A stretch of DNA of 64,000 nucleotides, taken from the IMG/VR virus record IMGVR_UViG_3300013102_000031. One strand, given 5' to 3'. The translations under genes and the position numbers were made by a program. The notes below the pieces were generated by a model, which was not told the DNA's origin, did no database searches, and saw nothing but the letters and a program-made list of their open reading frames with translations. Source of the DNA: an uncultured virus (IMG/VR IMGVR_UViG_3300013102_000031) (Duplodnaviria; Heunggongvirae; Uroviricota; Caudoviricetes). Below, piece by piece: positions 60,117 through 64,000 of the stretch. How positions within the stretch are numbered: the first letter of the stretch is position 1; the number at the start of each line of letters is the position of its first letter.

Positions 60117-62003
60117 TTATTGTTTTACTGGGAACTGGACATTAACTTGATCGAATGATTGAACAAACATATTTGCTACAGCTTCACCAATAGCTTGAGC
60201 TTGAGCATTTGCGTCCATACCCTGAAGCGTTGAGCCATCAACATTAACTTCAATGTTGATTTCATTGCTATTGTTATTCACAATACCCATTGCTTTATCT
60301 TCAGCCGCTGCCTTGGCCATTTCAGCTTGTTGATCATCATAACCAGCAGCATCATGGTAGTAGAGAGAATTAGGATCGTCATAAACCGCACGGCCTCTTT
60401 CGCGGGCTTTGTTCATGTTAAAGCCAGTGTTGTTTATAATGTCACCAACAATGGCTGCTGGTGAAGCATACTCTAAACCAAACAAATTAGCTTTTTCAGT
60501 GGAACTATTACTTGTCTCGGAAGTTGGAAGCGATCCACTTTTCCACTTCTGGAATTCAGCAATCGCATTCATGATAGAGGCAATTTCTTTTGCTGTGGCT
60601 TCAAGTGTTGGGAGGAAGTCAAACTTAATACTGGAGATATCTGTGAAGATTTGCTTAATATCTGTCCAGTCTTTCTTGAGTTGTGCCGTCTTATCAGCAC
60701 CTAACCAATCAGCTACAACACTATCCTTGCCTTCTAAAGCCCTCATGAACGATTGTGGAAAAAGGAGTAGATCATCGGCCCACTTAGTGGCCTCATTAAA
60801 GCCCTCAGCCAACCCCTTAACCAGAGTACCACTCTCACTCAATCCTGCGTTTAATGTACGGAATATACGCGCAAAACCCTCTTCTACACCAGCATCAGAA
60901 GCTACAATAGCCATATCATTAACAGTATTCTGATAACGGGCTTGTTCAGCCTGAGATGCCTGAGAAGCCTTTACCAATCCCGGCTGGGAACGTTCACTTG
61001 CAATATTGGCTGCGTAGTTGAGGATATTACCACGAACTTGCCCCTTCTTCATTGCAGCTTCAAGTGCAATGATAGCAGCGCTTCCTGTAAGATCCCCCTT
61101 TCCCTTACCAGTTTCTCTCAACTGCTGTTGATAAGCTTGTGCAAAGATATCTTTGGCACCGGGAAGGCTGTTGCCAAGTTGTTTTGTCAGCTCTTCTGCT
61201 TGCAGTTTATCTTTACCGGCAATTTGAGAGAGTGCGTTAAATACTAGTTTCTGTCTTGCTGGAGAGAGCTTGTTAACACGCCCGTATTCAGCAAAACCTT
61301 TAAAGATGTTCTGTGACTGCGCTACAGTACCACCAGCACCTAAGAGGTTAGAGGTAAGTACGTTGAAATCACCAGATGAGTCAAGGTAGTTGAAACCTAC
61401 ACGGTTCGCAGTCTTGCGCAGCCAATCAAAAGATTGTTCACCTTGTTCAGCCGTACCGCCATTCCCTGTGATCACTGCTTGAGTTTGAAGCTGAGCAGCA
61501 ACTACTTCTTGGTTACGTTTATTAAGAGCATTAAGCCCATAACCACCAAGACCAAGCGCAATGGCAGGACCAAGTAAACTTGGCATTCCACGAGTACGAC
61601 CAACTCCTCCAGCAACTGCCCCAGTAACAGCGGCCTCTCTTACACGCCTCCCCGGTGGAGTGACAGGAGGGATGTGCGGAGGTTGAATAGTTGGCCTTAG
61701 AGGGTGGGCCATCCCGGCTCGGGCCATTGCCAAGCCAACAGTCTGATTCAGTGCAGCTTGGTTGACAACAAATCTGTTAATGTCGAAGACAACACGATTA
61801 CTAGCTATGTCAAAAGCAGTACCAAGAACTCTTTCAAGTTTGCGTTGGTCAACTGTAAAGTTACCAATACCAAAGCTTAGATTACCAAAAGCACTAAACT
61901 TCTTAAGTTTTTTCTCAAGAGTATCTAGGGCTTTATCAACCTTCTTCAATCCTTTGGTGTCTACATCAAAACCGAGTGACGCAAAGTATTTTGCAATCTG
62001 CAC
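60117..62003 (-). CDS. tape measure protein
   Basis: YFASLGFDVD start, Ala/Gly-rich, ALSQIAGKDKLQAEEL..QL tape-measure domain. Confidence 0.9.
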   Translation of the reverse strand: MQIAKYFASLGFDVDTKGLKKVDKALDTLEKKLKKFSAFGNLSFGIGNFTVDQRKLERVLGTAFDIASNRVVFDINRFVVNQAALNQTVGLAMARAGMAHPLRPTIQPPHIPPVTPPGRRVREAAVTGAVAGGVGRTRGMPSLLGPAIALGLGGYGLNALNKRNQEVVAAQLQTQAVITGNGGTAEQGEQSFDWLRKTANRVGFNYLDSSGDFNVLTSNLLGAGGTVAQSQNIFKGFAEYGRVNKLSPARQKLVFNALSQIAGKDKLQAEELTKQLGNSLPGAKDIFAQAYQQQLRETGKGKGDLTGSAAIIALEAAMKKGQVRGNILNYAANIASERSQPGLVKASQASQAEQARYQNTVNDMAIVASDAGVEEGFARIFRTLNAGLSESGTLVKGLAEGFNEATKWADDLLLFPQSFMRALEGKDSVVADWLGADKTAQLKKDWTDIKQIFTDISSIKFDFLPTLEATAKEIASIMNAIAEFQKWKSGSLPTSETSNSSTEKANLFGLEYASPAAIVGDIINNTGFNMNKARERGRAVYDDPNSLYYHDAAGYDDQQAEMAKAAAEDKAMGIVNNNSNEINIEVNVDGSTLQGMDANAQAQAIGEAVANMFVQSFDQVNVQFPVKQ

Positions 62004-62017
62004 TGTTTATTACTCCG

Positions 62018-62589
62018 TCACTTTAGTTTATTTTTATCTGCTTTAGCTTTTTCTATAGCTTGCTGATGTAGAGAATCATACACATCCAGCATTTCAATCA
62101 ACTTAAGCATCTGTCTTGTAGAATATTTCCATTCCATCTCAGATGCTAATTCCAACCCACCTTTCTCATGCATTGCAATTCTGTAAATACTCCAATGTTG
62201 AGAAAAGGTTTTGTCTATCTCTTGATCCAATCTTGTTTTACCCGATACAGGCTGTCCATTGGACTGTATTATTCTTCTGTATCGGGTGCCTGAAAAAGCT
62301 CTTCGAAGTTAAAGTTCAACACTTCCTTATAGAGCTTGTTCAAGTGGGCATATTTGCGAGAGAAGAAAACATCAAAAGACTTCTCAGTGATCTGCATATT
62401 ATCTTTAGACACATAGTTGCAGATGATTTGTTTCATCTGACTAAGGTCAGCTTTGCCTGCGTCAATAGCTTCTTGGTGCTTTTCAATAAAGATTAGACCC
62501 TTGGTTGCAGGCATAGCTGATACAAGGTATTCAATATCATCAACTGTAATAGTTGTTTGTTCAAGTACTTCAAATTTTGGAGCTGCCAT
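62018..62589 (-). CDS. tail assembly chaperone G (62269-62589) and GT via -1 frameshift to the stop at 62018
   Basis: Position before the tape measure; CTT TTT slippery site, open -1 frame, downstream 11-bp stem. Confidence 0.7.
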
Positions 62590-62615
62590 TTATTTTATCT
62601 CAGAAATTACATCAG

Positions 62616-63113
62616 TTAGAAAATGTTACTAATAAAATCAGTTGCTTCATTTACCGCACTGTCAAATAGACTTGTAGACGGACGAGTGTTGCCACCAATT
62701 TTATATGTGTCTGTTGACTGGCAAAAGATTTCCCAACCTCTGTATTCAAAGCCACCTGAATAAGTGGTAGTTGGGTATCCAGTAATGTATGCCTCATTGG
62801 ATGAGAACACACTTCCACCAGAGCCATCTTTCAACGTAAGGGCGATCCTTGCTGTACCTTCCTCTAAATCCAACTCATGGATATATGAAAGTACATCATT
62901 AGTTGGGGAGAATTGAGCTAAGGAGAATTGAATAGTTGCTGAAGTATCTCTGTTGGGCACTCGTGTGTTTTTACCACGAATACCCCTGACAACACTAAAA
63001 CCTTTGACAGTTCTGGATATAGAGATGGATTGCCAGCCAACAACTTGATAGCCACCGATGGTGAGTTTAACATCACCGGGACTATAAGTTGTTACCGTAA
63101 AACTATTTGCCAT
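62616..63113 (-). CDS. tail tube-like protein (DUF3277-like)
   Basis: TYSP.DV...IGG, SPTNDVL, LKD.SG, AYI...P. Confidence 0.75.
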   Translation of the reverse strand: MANSFTVTTYSPGDVKLTIGGYQVVGWQSISISRTVKGFSVVRGIRGKNTRVPNRDTSATIQFSLAQFSPTNDVLSYIHELDLEEGTARIALTLKDGSGGSVFSSNEAYITGYPTTTYSGGFEYRGWEIFCQSTDTYKIGGNTRPSTSLFDSAVNEATDFISNIF

Positions 63114-63616
63114 CAGATAATTCCTTCTAGAATTGGTAGAGCACCTGTGGCAATATTAATTAAGTCTTGGAGGATACTTTGTTCATTTGCATTGCTGCCA
63201 ATGTTGATAACTGCTTGTGAACTTCTCAATACCCATGTCCGTGTATCTACAGAAGCGCTCTTTGACAAAGTTGGAAGACCCTCAATCCATGTAGTGGTAC
63301 TGAAGAATAAATCAGAGCCAGAGGAATCTTTACAGAGGAAGGCGAATTTCCCTCTTTGACTTATTTCATCAAGCTGCCAAAACTTAGTCAACACATCATT
63401 TGAGAAGGATCCAGCGTGAAGGGTCAGTGTGATTGTATAAGTCTGATCACTCTGATACAGCCTACCCATCTGACCATCCGCTGTCTTAACAGATGTGAAT
63501 GGCATCATATCTTTATTAATGGATATGAAAGTTCCATCTACAAAACCCTCAACTGGCAAGATACCACCAATAAGGCAAACTACATCGTCTGGACAGTAGT
63601 TGAAAATTCCAGCCAT
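63113..63616 (-). CDS. tail tube-like protein (DUF3277-like)
   Basis: Y.PDDV...IGG, GF.DGTFI, ITLTL, SNDVL, KD.SG, RTW. Confidence 0.75.
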   Translation of the reverse strand: MAGIFNYCPDDVVCLIGGILPVEGFVDGTFISINKDMMPFTSVKTADGQMGRLYQSDQTYTITLTLHAGSFSNDVLTKFWQLDEISQRGKFAFLCKDSSGSDLFFSTTTWIEGLPTLSKSASVDTRTWVLRSSQAVINIGSNANEQSILQDLINIATGALPILEGII

Positions 63617-63628
63617 AAAAGCTCCTTA

Positions 63629-63656
63629 GAAAAGAGAGGGCAGACAAGCTGCCCCA
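63629..63656 (-). terminator. intrinsic terminator after the major tube gene
   Basis: GGGCAG/CTGCCC stem plus TCTCTTTT. Confidence 0.7.
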
Positions 63657-63661
63657 TTCAA

Positions 63662-64000
63662 TTATGGATTCAACTGCCAGCGCGGATCAACTTCACCACC
63701 AGCAGCTTCAACTGCCGCAACTTCGGAATCACTAAGCGGAATATTGCCCCCAATAAAGAGGTCAGAACCAAACAAGTAGATAGCCCAGTCGCGGGTGCTA
63801 GTGTCTGAAGCAAATTGAACTGCTGGTGGTGCGACGATGATTGCGGTATTGGAACTAGCAACAGTCTGACCACTGGGATCTTTTAGGGTGCAGTTGAACA
63901 CCCAATCGTTATTAGTTGTGTTAGCATCAGCCAATTGCAACTGCTGTAGTACAGTATTACTTGGAGAGTACTGATGAAGTGTAATAGTTACATTCATACC
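63662..64000 (-). CDS. tail tube protein, C-terminal part (truncated by the window edge)
   Basis: VTITLHQYSPSNTVL, KDPSG, RDW motifs shared with the two downstream paralogs. Confidence 0.75.
   Translation of the reverse strand, partial: GMNVTITLHQYSPSNTVLQQLQLADANTTNNDWVFNCTLKDPSGQTVASSNTAIIVAPPAVQFASDTSTRDWAIYLFGSDLFIGGNIPLSDSEVAAVEAAGGEVDPRWQLNP

Noticed and set aside
1..64000. CRISPR array, tRNA genes, integrase, stop-codon recoding
   Set aside because: No regularly spaced repeats, cloverleafs or recombinase motifs seen by eye; core genes are intact in the standard code

Overview
This 64 kb window is the larger part of a lytic myovirus genome with a contractile tail. Gene content and order (PhoH, ClpP-like protease, dCMP deaminase, T7-like primase-helicase, family A DNA polymerase, ThyX, NrdB/NrdA, baseplate J tail module) resemble PAK_P1/Felix-O1-type phages. 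A Pseudomonas-like gammaproteobacterial host is inferred, not shown. There are four transcription blocks: (+) 0.4-14.9 kb middle/accessory genes; (-) 15.7-30.5 kb small early genes with many sigma70-type promoters; (+) 30.7-49.8 kb replication and nucleotide metabolism; (-) 49.9-64 kb lysis and tail genes. No tRNA, CRISPR array or integrase was seen. Highlights: (1) several small genes in the non-structural block look like free-standing fragments of tail proteins (baseplate J twice, sheath, tube, an ETDE baseplate motif) and are candidate decoys or assembly modulators; (2) a ~340-nt highly structured, promoter-driven non-coding RNA candidate at 29.2-29.5 kb upstream of a truncated Zn-ribbon endonuclease-type ORF; (3) a dif-like XerC/D site and a consensus sigma54 site in the non-coding convergence region at 15 kb; (4) an EF-Ts N-terminal-domain look-alike; (5) fused terminator-promoter cassettes. 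All homology calls were made by eye from motifs; no searches were run.
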